This document shows positions 1 to 13,761 of a stretch of DNA of 64,000 nt, in pieces. The stretch comes from Chrysomallon squamiferum. Its lineage: Eukaryota; Animalia; Mollusca. The stretch is from assembly GCA_012295275.1 (NCBI GenBank), contig CM022675.1, positions 1,488,001 to 1,552,000 of the forward strand, written 5' to 3'. Position 1 is the stretch's first letter, and every line of letters starts with the position of its first letter. The translations under genes and the position numbers were made by a program. The notes beneath the pieces are model-generated. The model was not told where the DNA came from. It saw only the letters and a list, made by a program, of their open reading frames with translations, and searched no databases.

Positions 1-952
1 TATTAAGATGAGCTTTTCACTATTTTTGTGATAAGAAAATAAAGGTGGCTTCAAGGCATCACCGACTTTAAATCATATGTCATGTGATGTCATAACTACT
101 CTATACAAACATTTCTTTTTTTCTTTTCTTATTATTATTATTATTATTATTGGGATTTTTTTGAGTTTTTTATTTCTTGATTGCCTGATTTCTTGGTCAA
201 ATTTATGACAAAGAAAATCGCGAGGATGAATTATTTGTATGGTAAAAGAGGTAAGCAAGTAAAAAGAGAACACAAACTTGTCTGATTGTATTAAACACGA
301 TTAAATGCACGTACGTCAATCATTTTGTGTTTTCTACCTGTATTCCCTTTTAAAAATAGATATGTTTTAAAGTTGTAACAGTCATATCTAAATCTTATAA
401 TCTTTGTGTTATTTAATTTGGTAAATTATGTGTTTAGTGTTCATTAAGTGAGAATTCTAAGTTTAACTCATTTGTTCTTAAAGATTAATTTGAAAGGTTT
501 TATTTAATTGCTAATTTATTTCTGACTTAGTGGAAATCATATATTCATCTCATGTTTTAATTTTGAATAAGTGAGAACGATGTTTATTCACAACACTAAA
601 ACAGAAATGCACCTAAACAAACATACACACACAGACACGCATACAAAGCTGATATTTATAGATATATGTATGTATGCATGTATAGTAATAAAATCTTAAT
701 GATAGAGATAACGACTGGCGACGTGTTTGTGTTCGTTGAATAAAAAGGTACAAGAACCGAGGTATTACGCACAATTTTACATATAATATACGGAAATCTT
801 ACACAAAATTGCATGTATAATATATATGGGCGACAGACCTCATACAAGCTAAGTGATTTCAATAAAACTCCAGGATCACATTTATATAATGCCCATCATA
901 TGGGGCGTGTCTCTAAACAAATAAATAAATAAATAAATAAATAAATAAAATG

Positions 953-988
<36 letters not shown>

Positions 989-1839
989 ATATTACCACTA
1001 CTGTTACTACTACTACCTCTACCACTACCACTACTACTATTGCTGCTACTACTCTTACTACTGCTACTGCTACTACTACTACTACTACTACTACTAATAA
1101 TAATAATAATAATAATAATGATAACACTTTATCTTCTATTACTTCTGTTATTAATACATTTATTACAACTACTATTTTTACAGTTATACCTACTACATCT
1201 ATGAATGCTGCTGTCATTACTTCTACTCCTACTACAACTACTAGAGCTAGCACTACTGGATATAGTCATACATGATTAAACAACGACTTAGGAGACGAGT
1301 TAGAAACAAAGACTGTGACACAGACTTTACACGTATAATGGAAGACATTGTGGAGGACAGTCTCATTATAAAGTATTACAGATATGTCCGCGGATGCAGA
1401 TTTCAATGTATTTCAGTTTGATTTATGATAAATTATTCTCTACTTTAAGAAACAAAACAAATAGAAAGTGCCTTTTAAACAAAAATTTATTATCATATAT
1501 TGATGGACCTAAATGAGCGTTAGTATTAGCGTTAGTGTTAGAATCAATCGTAATAGTAGTAGTAGAAGTAGTAGTAGTAATAGTAGTAGCAGCAGTAACA
1601 GAAGGTATAGAAATAATAATAATATTATTATTATTGTTATTGTTATTATTATTAGTAGTAGTAGTAGTTGTAGTAATAGTAGTAGTAGTAGTAGTTGTAG
1701 TAGTAGTAATGCATTCAAATGCGTACAAACATATTCATTGAAATGTTTACGTGAACCTACCTTGTTTCTTGTGACACTCAGAAAAGAAGCTTTGTCCTCA
1801 CTTACACAGTTCTCGTTCTGTTTCTACTGCATATGTTTG

Positions 1840-2225
1840 TTTCTCTACCTCCTTGTCTTTTCGTATAATTTGATATCTTAATTAGTTATTTTTGTATTTG
1901 CTATGTATTTACTTTATGATATTTTGTTAGTGTTAACGCACTTTTTCTCGATCTGTTTCTACCTACATAAGTGTTTTTCTCTACCTCATTATCGTTTCGT
2001 ATAATTTGATATTTTAATTAGTTATTTTTCTATTTGCTATATATTTACTTGTATGATATTTTGTTAGGGTTAACGCACTTTTTCTCATTCTGTTTCTCCC
2101 TACATAAGTGTTTTTCTCTACCTCATTATCGTTTCGTATAATTTGATATTTTAATTAGTTATTTTTGTATTTGCTATGTATTTACTTGTATGATATTTTG
2201 TTTGTGTTAACGCACTTTTTTCTCT
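1840..2225. repeat. ~137-bp tandem repeat, about 3 copies
   Basis: TCGTATAATTTGATAT at 1861, 1997, 2134. Two copies in the duplicon at 25540-25810 and 60200-60480, one at 30960-31090. Confidence 0.85.
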
Positions 2226-2531
2226 GCTTTTAGCTTCCAGTCAATATATTTGTCTGTTTAATTTATTTGTATTAATTTTGTTTTCATGATAACTATTAAT
2301 GTTACTTTTTTCTGACAATTTCATTATTTTTTTTTTTATAATGTGCATAATAAAATAATTTAGTTTTCAAATCTAATTAAAGTTTTAAAAATAAAGATTA
2401 CGAAAGAAATTTCTCTATACTGTAAACCTGTTAAGATTTATAACAGTATTTTAAAGTAAAAAATAAAAACAAATGTGTTTTGTGAATGTGAAAAAAAAAA
2501 TGTTTCTTTTTAATACGAAATACGTAATAAT

Positions 2532-2587
<56 letters not shown>

Positions 2588-2596
2588 TAATAACAA

Positions 2597-2627
<31 letters not shown>

Positions 2628-2785
2628 AAGAAGAAGAAGAAAAAGAAAGATAAATTTGCATATGTAATGCCTCGAATTTGACTTCGACATCCTCATTCAA
2701 TTTTCTCATTTCTTAATTATTATTTTTTTTAAATCCTTTAAATATTCACGTGAAAGGTTTCAGCGGCATTTATCAAGAAAATAAC

Positions 2786-2845
<60 letters not shown>

Positions 2846-2953
2846 TTTTTCTTAAAAATTGGAAAACAAAGTGATTAAAAAAAAAAGGAAAAAAAAAAAA
2901 GAATTACATAAATGTACCATGCAGTAGGATGAACAGCTAAGTAAATAAATAAC

Positions 2954-2996
<43 letters not shown>

Positions 2997-3429
2997 GTAA
3001 ATAAAAAAATAAATACATCGTTTCCAATCAATTCTAGGTCACTCTATGTTTTTCTTCGTCTTCTGCTCACGATTCAGAAATAAACACGATAAACAAGACA
3101 GTGGATACATTGGTAAACCATAGACAGCTTCAGTAGAATTATAAATAATTTGCATTATTATATGTCGATCGTTTTGAGCACCACAAAACTGTGGCAGAAT
3201 TTCTTTTAAAGTTGTAATACAATGACTAGCGTAAAGCGTATATCTTGCTAATGTATTTCTTAATTAAAAATTGTGACTTTCATTCCTTTGACTTTTTCCC
3301 CTATATTCAATTATTCATATGGACACAAAACTTGATTTTATATCACTGGACAAAAGCAAAACTAAAATAAAATACAGGAATCAGTGAATTACAGGGATAG
3401 ATAGGTAAATAGACAGACAGGCAGACAGG

Positions 3430-3483
<54 letters not shown>

Positions 3484-4048
3484 GTAGGTAAATAGACAGA
3501 TAGGCAGAGAGAGATAGATACATAGATAAATACACAAATATATAGATCCATAGACACATAGAGATAGATAGATAAATGAAAAAATCGACAAATAGATATT
3601 TCTCAGAAATGGTATGAGCAATATGGAGAGATTAGTTTGTACAAAAAGATTCAGACATATATGCATGTAGTATATGTATTTTTGTGTGTGTGTCCGTGTG
3701 TATGTGTATTTGTGCATTATATAGGCAAACACACAATAATAATAAAAATTATAATAAAATGAGATAAAGAAGTAAAAATATAATTTGTTAAAAGATTTTA
3801 CGATAATAATTCTCACCTGTTAGACATGAGTTTAAACATGTTTAAAAAAAGAATTTAAATAAATATCTTGAATGATGCAGCATTTATTTTTTACTCTACA
3901 AAAATCAGAAAACATTTAATATCAAGCTTAATTTAACATCGTGGTTTATTTTGAAAATAATTCAGTACAGTGTCTGAAAGCTCTCACAATGTGCGTAGAA
4001 AGAGCTCGGAATTTTCATGATGATCGGTTAGTCAGACAGGCGTCAAAG

Positions 4049-4366
4049 GAACAACATTTAACTTGTGTTGATGGCGGAACAGTAAAACTGCTTCTACTAG
4101 GATACTCAAACGTGATTAATAGAGTCACTCAGGTTACTGAACAACAACGTTTAACTTGTGTTGATGGCGGAACAGTAAAACTGCTTCTTCTACTAGGATA
4201 GTCAAACTTGATTAATAGAGTCACTCAGGTTACTGAACAACAACGTTTAACTTGTGTTGATGGCGGAACAGTAAAACTGCTTCTTCTACTAGGATAGTCA
4301 AACGTGATTTATAGAGTCACTCAGGTTACTGAACAACAACTTTTAACTTGTGTTGATGGTGGAACG
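4049..4366. repeat. ~96-bp tandem repeat, about 3.3 copies
   Basis: ACTTGTGTTGATGG at 4061, 4154, 4250, 4346. Confidence 0.9.
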
Positions 4367-6280
4367 GGCGAGTGGGCGTCTCGTCAGCGGCATCTGATGA
4401 GGTTTGTGATGTCGTGGTTGTACTTTGTCGTTCTGCGCAAGTGCGTTCCAGGATGTTGTCTGTGTGAGGAGTCTACACAAACGTACATTGATAGACAGTA
4501 TTCAAATCGGAAAACACACACATACACACACACAACACACACGCACACACACATATACGGTAATTATTTTAGAAATAAGCGACTGAACGGAAAGTCACTT
4601 AGTGTTTGAAATTAGTTCAATAGCAAAAACACAGACGAACATTAGATAGACAGTATTGAAATCATAAAACACACACATACACACACACATACACACACAG
4701 ACACACACACACACATACACATATACCTGAAGTATATTACAAACCAGCCACTGAACGGAAAGTCAATTAGTGTTTAAAATTAATTCAATAGTAAAAAAAA
4801 ATAATCAGTCAATTAGGCAATGTTACTGCGATGTTTAAAAATAAAACACTTAATTATGTTTGAAGCAGATGGTGTGCACATTCTGAAAAAGGAAATGATT
4901 TGGATAATGCAGCTACTGGAATGTATATATATTTTTTTATACTAAGTGAAGTTATCCTCATAAAACAAATAAAATCATTACAGACTGACAGAGAGATATG
5001 CAAAAACTAATTTCTTACTTTGAATAGTGTATACACCATTGATCTGAATATACTAGTTTGAGCCACACCCTAACATTCACAGATATAATATTTATCTCAG
5101 AGCATTTCTTGTTTACACTATAGAAATCAGAAAACACATAACATCAAGTTTAATTTATACATCGTAATTGATTTTAACAGCTTTTACAGTGTGTATAGAA
5201 GATTCGTTATGTAATTAAATTATTATTGTTATTACTATTATTATTATTATTATTATTATTATTATCATCGTCGTCATCGTCATGATCATTATTTTGTACT
5301 TTTCAATGAAAACAAATCTGTTTATTTCTCAACATATTCTTTCCTATTGCAAAATGTCTTTACAAATTATTTAATATTGACAAAATCAGAAATGTTCAAG
5401 TTCTAACTATGTAATTATTCCTTGTTGGATTTTATAAGTTTCTAATGGTACACAGTGGTACATTCACGACTTTATCTCTGTTATTTGACAGAAGCGAAAC
5501 GTCTTATCAGTTGTGCTCGTGTGTCAAATTAACCATGAGTTATCCTTCTTAGTCTTTTGCTCTGAAACTACAATTTTTTGAAAATGATTTATATTTCAGG
5601 GTAGATAACTGAATACGTTTATAATACTATTCTACATGTCTACTGTGACAGCAGTTTAATAACGCTTGTTTCAAGTATCTCAAATTCTCTAATAACTAAT
5701 ATTAATTTTATTTAATATAATGTGTTCAGTAGTTACAATCCTCTTCACTGTTATCAATGACAATCATTCACATATTACATCGCATTGTTCATACAGTGGT
5801 GAAGCTCTTCTGTTTGGTTAAACATTAAAACATTTAGTGTAAATAGATGCACACGTAATAATAATAATAATAATAACAACAACAACAACAACAACAACGA
5901 TACATTTAATAATACTGAAACAAATTGGACTAATAATCAAATAATCGATGCATGATAAATTAATATACAGACACATACACAGACACACACACACACACAT
6001 GTCGTTAAGCTAATCAGTGTTTGAAGTAACTTGTGATTTAATATCGACAAAGCACTCTCAAATGCTTTTCCTCCGCAATTAATTTATACTGAACCTCCCG
6101 ACTGTGCATAAAGACAAATGAGAAGTAAAAAATGTTAGCAAATGGGAAGAGTAAACGAGTGAAGTAATTTGTTTTCTTACATGGAGCAATCATAGTAATT
6201 ATATGTACATGAATTAATATGCAAATAATATTTACAACGCATTAAATAAAACAAATCACACGGGATTCATTGCTTCAAGC

Positions 6281-6286
6281 TTTATT
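6281..6286 (-). terminator. Polyadenylation signal of the minus-strand paralog
   Basis: TTTATT on plus; its flanking sequence matches the paralogous site at 44618. Confidence 0.6.
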
Positions 6287-6396
6287 CGATAAATAAACTA
6301 AATGTAAAATTATAATTAATAAATAAACAAAGCAATAGATTTTAAATAAAATAAAATACAAAAGCGAGAATTACTAGTAACAAAAGAAGCAATAAC

Positions 6397-6456
<60 letters not shown>

Positions 6457-6637
6457 TAACAATAACAACAATAATAATAATAACTTTTAGTTCAGTCTAC
6501 TAAAGCAAAGAAGATTTTTGGACAAGAGCTACATAAAAAGAAGTTTTAAAAATCCTTCTGCGTTTTAGTTTGTTTCTACATCAAATATAAAATCTTTGTC
6601 AGGTCAATTAAATCTGGTGTTTGTTGACATTTTCTTT

Positions 6638-9600
6638 TTACTGATTTGACTTTTTCTTCTTCAGGAAGACGACCACCAGAATCCCAATGACAAGTGAGAA
6701 GATGATCACCATGACAACACAGAGACCAATCAGAATCGTGGTGTTGATATCAACTTCATTAGATCCATGCTTGTCACGTGGTGTCTGTGAGATACCTAGA
6801 ACGGGGTAATGTTTTACATGTCACACGTTTCTTTTCTTTCTTGCAAGAAGTATAAAGAAAGTCCACATTTAACTGTTGGTTTAATCTGACAAAACTAATC
6901 ACAAATACGAGTTATCCTGTAAGAACAAATTAATGAAACAAATCAATAGAAGATATCTAAAATAAACTCACTTGATGTTCGATCTTCATTCATCACGTCC
7001 AGAACAATGTATGTCTTTCTGACACGTTCATCAGACGTTTCAGCAGATCTTCGTTTTCTTCCAAATCCTTGCTTGCCATTGCAGTTCACCTAAGATTGAA
7101 AGTTTGTGAACATTTTAGCACAACGTTAGAGTGTGTGTGTGTGTGTGTGTGTGTGACTGTGTGTTTGTGTGTATGTGACTGTTTAATTTGAACTATCAAA
7201 TACAGAAAGTCAGATTGCTTGATAAAAAATATTATTAATTATAATAATAAAATAATAATTGCAATAAAATTAATGAACGAATGGACAAACAAAAAGATAA
7301 AAAGTAAAATAAAATAAAATAAAAATAAAACTTGGATATGTTTTAATTATAAATATAATTTTGCTATTTATTTATTTATTTATTTATTTATTTTATTTAA
7401 TTTTTTTTTTTTGATTTTTTTTTTTTTGTTGTTTTTTTTCTTTTCTGACGCTGATATTAAAAAAGGAGATTCTTTAATATGAAAAGAGTTTTACACAGAA
7501 ATGATCCAACTTACTGGATTACAGAGAGATTTTTGATCTGGAGGACAAACTTTGACAGAACATTCTGTAGAGACTGCGTTGTTTTTGTTAAAGGTGAAAG
7601 CTTTCAACTTGAATGTGACGTTGTTTCCCGACCTTTCAGGTTCCTTTATCATCAGTTTACCGATCTCAGAGGAAGGACAACTGAAAAAAGAACAATATTA
7701 TCTACCAGTCACGACAAAGCATCATTTACCTTTAATTACTTGGTTTCTGTAGAAACTAATCATGCGATGTAATGCAGATTGTTTATTTATAACTGTGTAC
7801 GCTGATCACTTTTGTGCACGAATGACTGTTTTCTGTGGAAAGATCTACTTATTTCAATCAGAAGGCTGAGTGTATTCATTAATTATGTCTCAACAAATAA
7901 ACCGTCAGCTCAAGAAATGAAACCATTGTTTTCACGAATTACAATTTGCATTGTCTAATCATCTAAGTCTATTGAACGATTGTAGACATCGTTTAGGGAC
8001 AAATCATTTTTTATTTTTTGACAAAACATTCAAATTCTAGAAATAATCTCCAGCATAAATAAATACCGTGGTGCGAAACCTTGTCCACTAAGCAATATAC
8101 CTATTCTAAATAGTTTTAAAAACTAACATTACCTGTTTTCAATGATTTTCAAAGTTTCGCTGTCTTCTCCAGTTTTCTGATTATCAGCAGTGCATGCTTC
8201 TACTCTGACAGTGCCTGATTCTAGCTCTGTTTAAAATATATTATAGTATTACTATTTGTCAAAATTCTTTTTTCAGAAAAATTATATTGTTTGTTGTGAA
8301 TAACAGTCATCTTTTATAAATTTATGGAAACAAATAATATAAGTATACATACTTAATTTTCAGGAAGTTGAAAAATAGAAGCTTGAAACAGTTATAAACA
8401 CTAAATTGAGACAATGGACATTTCTCTGGAATTAAGCACGGAACAAATTTGATTATGTTTTTTTAAAGAATACTAATCAAATGTTATGAATAGTAATAAT
8501 ACAGTGAACCTGGCGTAAGTTGTCACTTTTAAGACCAAGATTTTTCTGACGCCTTAGAGGTATGACGAGTAATGCTAAGTGATCATAATGATAACTTGCA
8601 CATAACTCTTCATAATAAGTACGTGTAAAGGTAAGTCGACAAAATGACGATTTATCCTACCGTGTTGTCTGAAGTATCTAAAATAATCCGCTTTGATCGG
8701 AGTTACATATGTCTGTTGTTCAAATCTCTGGAAAATGTTCTTCAGTTTTTCTGTTTTCCACGCTGCTGTACTAACCCCGCCAGATTTACCAGCTTTAAGC
8801 ACTTTTCCGATTCCTCATCTTTCCTTAAAACGACCAGTCCAACGTCATTCAGTTTCTCACTATCCTCGTGACCAAGCTGCTCAGCAAAGCCTGTTGAATT
8901 TCGAAGTAGCATTTCACCACTGGTACGAAGTTCAGGTCTAGCAGCTATTTGCTGAAACCATTTACTTAGCGCGGAGTCGACATCTTCAAACGTCACCTGC
9001 TTGTTGCGTTTCATGCCGCCTTTTGTTGAACCGGGATGCTAAACCTTCTCGATGACGTGGGTCACTTTATATTTGTTGTTTAAAATGTGATTTATTGTTG
9101 TCTGGGGGATCTTGAACCTCTCCGCAACCAGACCGTTTTTCCCGTCAGGATTGGCTTTACAATACTTAATTATTTCATACTTCTTCTGATAAGAATTCGT
9201 TAGTAACTGATTCTTTCCGCTAGTAGCCAGTTTGAACACTAAAAAAGTCACTCTCCAAATATTATGTTAATTCAGCCTGCCCATGAACGAGGCAAGTCAC
9301 GTACACATCAATATCCCAACGCACTTAACCTGTCTACATCGGTGCAAATAGCTTTAATCAGCGACACTGTTTCAACGAAACACTTTATTGATTTTTCCTG
9401 GAAGTCGTGTGTATGGATGTACACAACACTGGAGGGATTAACTGCTGATGACTTAGAAATTAACTGTGTTACTTGGGACCACGCGTCAGGGGACGACGTA
9501 CGTGATTTGACGACTTAGACAGCGACATTTTATTGGAAACAGCTTACAGAACATCGGCAGTTTCTCTGAGGTCCCGACTTCAAAGTGGTCGACAGGCGAC

Positions 9601-9868
9601 CTTTACTGTATTACTTATAATATTGAAAGTTACAACATGTTACAAACAACATACAACTATTAAAATTAGAAATATAAACATTGACAAATATTTAGTCTTA
9701 CCCGCACATATCACACCAGCATCGTCTCCATGGTCACACAAATGGTTGCCCCACTGAAAATAGCACTGTTCCAGACTGGTTTCGTTTCCCAAACAGGTTA
9801 TAAACTGAAGAAATACAGGTCCTGAACCTCCACCATAAGAGCCACCTCGAACTGCATTTGCATTTGAG
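6638..9868 (-). CDS. 3' portion (5 exons) of an inverted paralog of the EGF-ZP-SRCR gene; 5' part lost at the assembly gap
   Basis: Exons 9702-9868 (second half of SRCR: SNANAVRGGSYGGGSGPVFLQFITCLGNETSLEQC..CDHGDDAGVICA), 8133-8226, 7515-7680 (ZP-C), 6972-7089 (GRKRRS), 6638-6795 (TM, KKKKSNQ*). Exon lengths 167/94/166/118/158 are identical to the last five exons of the plus-strand gene. GT-AG, open frame. Confidence 0.88.
8502..9608 (-). mobile_element. Decayed, internally deleted Tigger/pogo-like (CENP-B-related) DNA transposon in an intron
   Basis: Frameshifted ORF pieces KKYEIIKYCKANPDGKNGLVAERFKIPQTTINHILNNK (first HTH) and KRNKQVTFEDVDSALSKWFQQ..SGEMLL..FAEQLG (CENP-B-type HTH). Both ends read TA|CAGT(G/A)AA inward, with weak TIR similarity. 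No DDE domain seen. Confidence 0.8.
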
Positions 9869-10221
9869 CTGTAAAACATGTCTTCCTTCATTTTTTGGTA
9901 TCGCTTTTGTTTTGTTTATTTATTTACTTTTTTCTCTGTTAATTTTACTCGCATTTCTGCCAAAAATGTAAGTTTTTGAAAAGCAAATAATTTATTATAA
10001 TAACATTTCTTACAGAATATAACTGTCACTTGAATCTAAATATAAAAATTTAGATTTCACATATCTATGTCACAAATTTGTTTAATTGTGTAATAATGAT
10101 TTGCCTTGTAAGACTTCTGTATTTCTTAATTATTTTATCTTAATCATCGACTAAAATAATTTCACTGATAAAAAAAAAAAAAAAAAATCATAAACAGGAC
10201 ATTTGATATTTCTCTAAGAAT

Positions 10222-10494
10222 ACAGCTGTTAAAATAATAAGCATTAGTTACTTAGTAAAACCCACAATTCTGCAGTAAACAATTGTTATAATAATAATTA
10301 TTAATAATTTACTTTGTGGAAATCAATAATCTGCAGCAAGCAGCTGTTATAATGATCATTATTAATAACTTACTTAGTGCAACCCAGCATTCTACAGTAA
10401 ACAGCTGTTATAATAATCATTATTAATAACTTACTTAGTGAAACCCAGCATTTTACAGTAAACAGCTGTTATAATAATCATTATTAATAACTTA
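10222..10494 (-). repeat. 61-bp minisatellite derived from the SRCR exon 3' end plus splice donor
   Basis: Period 61 (TACTTAG/TACTTTG at 10249, 10310, 10371, 10432). On minus the unit reads CAGCTGTTTACTGTAGAATGCTGGGTTTCACTAA|GTAAGTTATTAATAATGATTATTATAA, matching 40191-40250. Confidence 0.85.
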
Positions 10495-10694
10495 NNNNNN
10501 NNNNNNNNNNNNNNNNNNNNNNNNNNNNNNNNNNNNNNNNNNNNNNNNNNNNNNNNNNNNNNNNNNNNNNNNNNNNNNNNNNNNNNNNNNNNNNNNNNNN
10601 NNNNNNNNNNNNNNNNNNNNNNNNNNNNNNNNNNNNNNNNNNNNNNNNNNNNNNNNNNNNNNNNNNNNNNNNNNNNNNNNNNNNNNNNNNNNNN
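10495..10694. other. Assembly gap (200 N)
   Basis: Run of N of round length, so the true size is unknown. Confidence 0.99.
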
Positions 10695-11009
10695 CCTCTG
10701 CCAGACACTTCCATCTGCCAGACACTCCCCTCTGCCAGACACTCCTCCCCTTGCTGACACAAGAACTTACCCCTAGTACTGCCGTTGTCACTCTTGAAGA
10801 TGTTGCACACTAGCGTGGAGCTGTCTGTCAGCTGTAGTGATTGTCAGACGATGAGAAAAACGTTTGTCTAAATTTCCTCGTAAACACACGTGGTGATCCA
10901 CTCACTAGACTCGCTTAAAATGTGCTTGAGCTTTTAACAGATCACTCAAGAGATGGTACTGATGTAGTAGTAGTAATTGTGTGATTTTGAGAACAGGAGG
11001 CAGAGAGAA

Positions 11010-11137
<128 letters not shown>

Positions 11138-11826
11138 AAGAAGAAAAAGACTGACAGAGGTAAAAGGGAGAAAAAAAGAAGAGAGAAAATAAAAGTAGAG
11201 AGAGAGAGACAGAAGAGAAAATATAGAAACAGAGAAAAACAAAAAAAAAGAGACAGGCAGATGTAGAGACAAAGAGAGAGAGAGGAGAGGAAGAGAGAAA
11301 TGAAGAGTTGCCAATCAAACCGAATTATTTTAAGAGAAATACACATTTGTCATCTGCTGTGTTTGTTTTAATGTTTTAATTAATTAATGCTTATGATGAT
11401 GATGATGATGATGATGATGAAGGTGTAGATGATAACAACAGATAATGGATTGTGTTATAAAGAAGAAGAAAATGACAATAAACCAAGGGCAATTACGATG
11501 ACAATGATGCCGATGATGATAATGAAAAATAATATGCATGTATTTCAAAATTAATTATAATTCTATTAATTTCAAAACTGATGAACTCACACTGATTTGG
11601 AAACAAAATACATGGTAAGTACTGCTCTGTTTTGAAGATTATGACAACAGTATAATAATTAATATTTGTTCGTTCAATTGATATTTCTGGCTAAAACAAA
11701 AGAAAAAAAGAAATGAATTTTGTTTTTGTTGATATTCAAATTATAGTTACTTCTAGATATTGTCTCTTTAATCTGAAAATATCTACTGGCTCCTTTCATA
11801 CAGTTTACCAAAATGTGCTTAATGAA

Positions 11827-11873
<47 letters not shown>

Positions 11874-13719
11874 ACAAAAAAACAAATAAACAAACAAACA
11901 AACAAATAAATAAATATATAAATATATAAAAAAAAAAAAAAAAAATAAAAAAAATGAAAGATTAAAAATGAAGGTGACAGAAAACAAGTAACCAATCTGA
12001 AAACATACTGCCAGGCATAAAATTAAGATAAAAAAAATAAAAAAATAAGAAAAATAACAAGATCCATCGGCAATCCATTCGTGATGTTTTTACATTAATT
12101 TTCTCTAACATGGTTGATAACATTATCTAAACAGCAGTCTCCAATCAAACTATTTAAAACAAGAGTAAACGTTGATACTACTATCTTAATAGTTTATTTT
12201 TTTTAATTTATTACTTTTTAAAATATTTTTTATTAAAAAATAGTCATAGAAAATCAAATGTCTTTATTTATTTATTGATTTTTATATATTTTATTTAGAA
12301 GATATTACAAAGAATACAATTACTTACACAAAAAGTGCTAGAAAAACTTTCTTTTATTTTTATAATAGGTGTTACATAACATGGTACATCTATGGAACAA
12401 ACTGTTTTTTTTCTTAAATATTTTTTATGAAAACATTTCTATACATAAAACAACTTTCAAAAATATTGTGTGCAAAAACAAGTAATAAATAGCTGTTGTT
12501 GTTTTTTTTGTTGTTTTTTTTTTTTTTTTTTTTTCGTAATGAAAAAAAAGTCTAGATGAACTTCACAATATCATTTGTTCAGGATTTCTAATTAATTCAC
12601 ACCTGTATTTTTTATATCTACATTTTATTTATACACTGTGTTATTTGACACCTGCTTAATTTCATTCACACATATTTCTCTCACCTTTTAAGGATGCTTA
12701 CTATGGAGTTCTCTAAATCTGTAAGTAATAATAAACTGATAATAAATTATTATTATTAAAAAGTGTAAAAAGAAAAGATAAGAAATGATGATATAGACAA
12801 TTATGATAATAATAACAATAACCGTAATGAAATAACAATAATAATAATAACAACAATAATAACAATAACAATAATAATAAGAATAAATATAATAATAATT
12901 AATAATGATAATGATGATCATGAAGATGATAAATGATGAAGATGTTAATAATAAAAATAGTCATTCTATTACTTCAGACTCTGAGTAGTTTAGATCCCAC
13001 AGACTCTGGTACATGACAAAGTGCACTTACCTCAGAGGTCAATGCACTTGTTACGGTACTAAACTGATTTATGAACAGTGGACGGAAACTGTTATTAAAA
13101 AAGGTGTAAAACTGTGTCATACAATATCTTCATTATTTCTCATGGGGGTTACAAGATTTCCCTCACGGGTAGACATCATTTGTACTTGTAATAATAAGAA
13201 CATAGCTGCTTTATTGAAAGTGTGAGAATAATAATAACCTCTGCCCTTTTGGTGTTAAACTTTGAGTGTTTAGTGACAGAGGTGAATACAAGTTCAGTAT
13301 CACATAGAAACTCTCAGACATAAAGTTTTATAACAGACTTTATGCAATAAAAGAAAGAAAAAGTATCTTATTATTATTATTGTTGTTGTTGTTGTTGTTG
13401 TTGTTCTTGAGAGAGAGACACATGTATACATCTCTCTCTCTATCTCACACACAAAACACAGACACAGACATACACACACAGACACAGACAGACACACACA
13501 CATACATACACACAGACACAGACAGACACACACACACACATTAACACACACACTGACAGACAAGTCATATATAAAGGGATGTATGGAAATTCACTAAACC
13601 CACTTAAACACCTGATGCACAGATTTATCCAGATTTCTCTACTTACACAGTCAGGTTACAAAACAACTTTAATCCAATTACTCATTACTGTCTGTATATA
13701 GCACCTACAGTCATTCGAG

Positions 13720-13761
<42 letters not shown>

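Larger units (their letters stand above)
1..5260 (-). repeat. Inverted copy of the composite duplicon downstream of the minus-strand paralog
   Basis: Reverse complement of blocks in 21960-27960. For example, the pseudo-ORF MLALVVVVGVEVMTAAFIDVVG appears on minus at 882-1253 and on plus at 26375, 31631 and 61190. Confidence 0.85.

Noticed and set aside
882-1881. Hydrophobic poly-V/L/I and poly-S/T/N ORFs here and in the other duplicon copies
   Set aside because: They derive from TAG/TAC/TAA trinucleotide repeats, have variable length and frame between copies, and lack splice or domain support.
7479-7772. Plus-strand ORFs overlapping the ZP-C exon (similarly 20227-20514 over the RhoGAP exon)
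   Set aside because: Antisense shadows of real minus-strand exons with no independent support.
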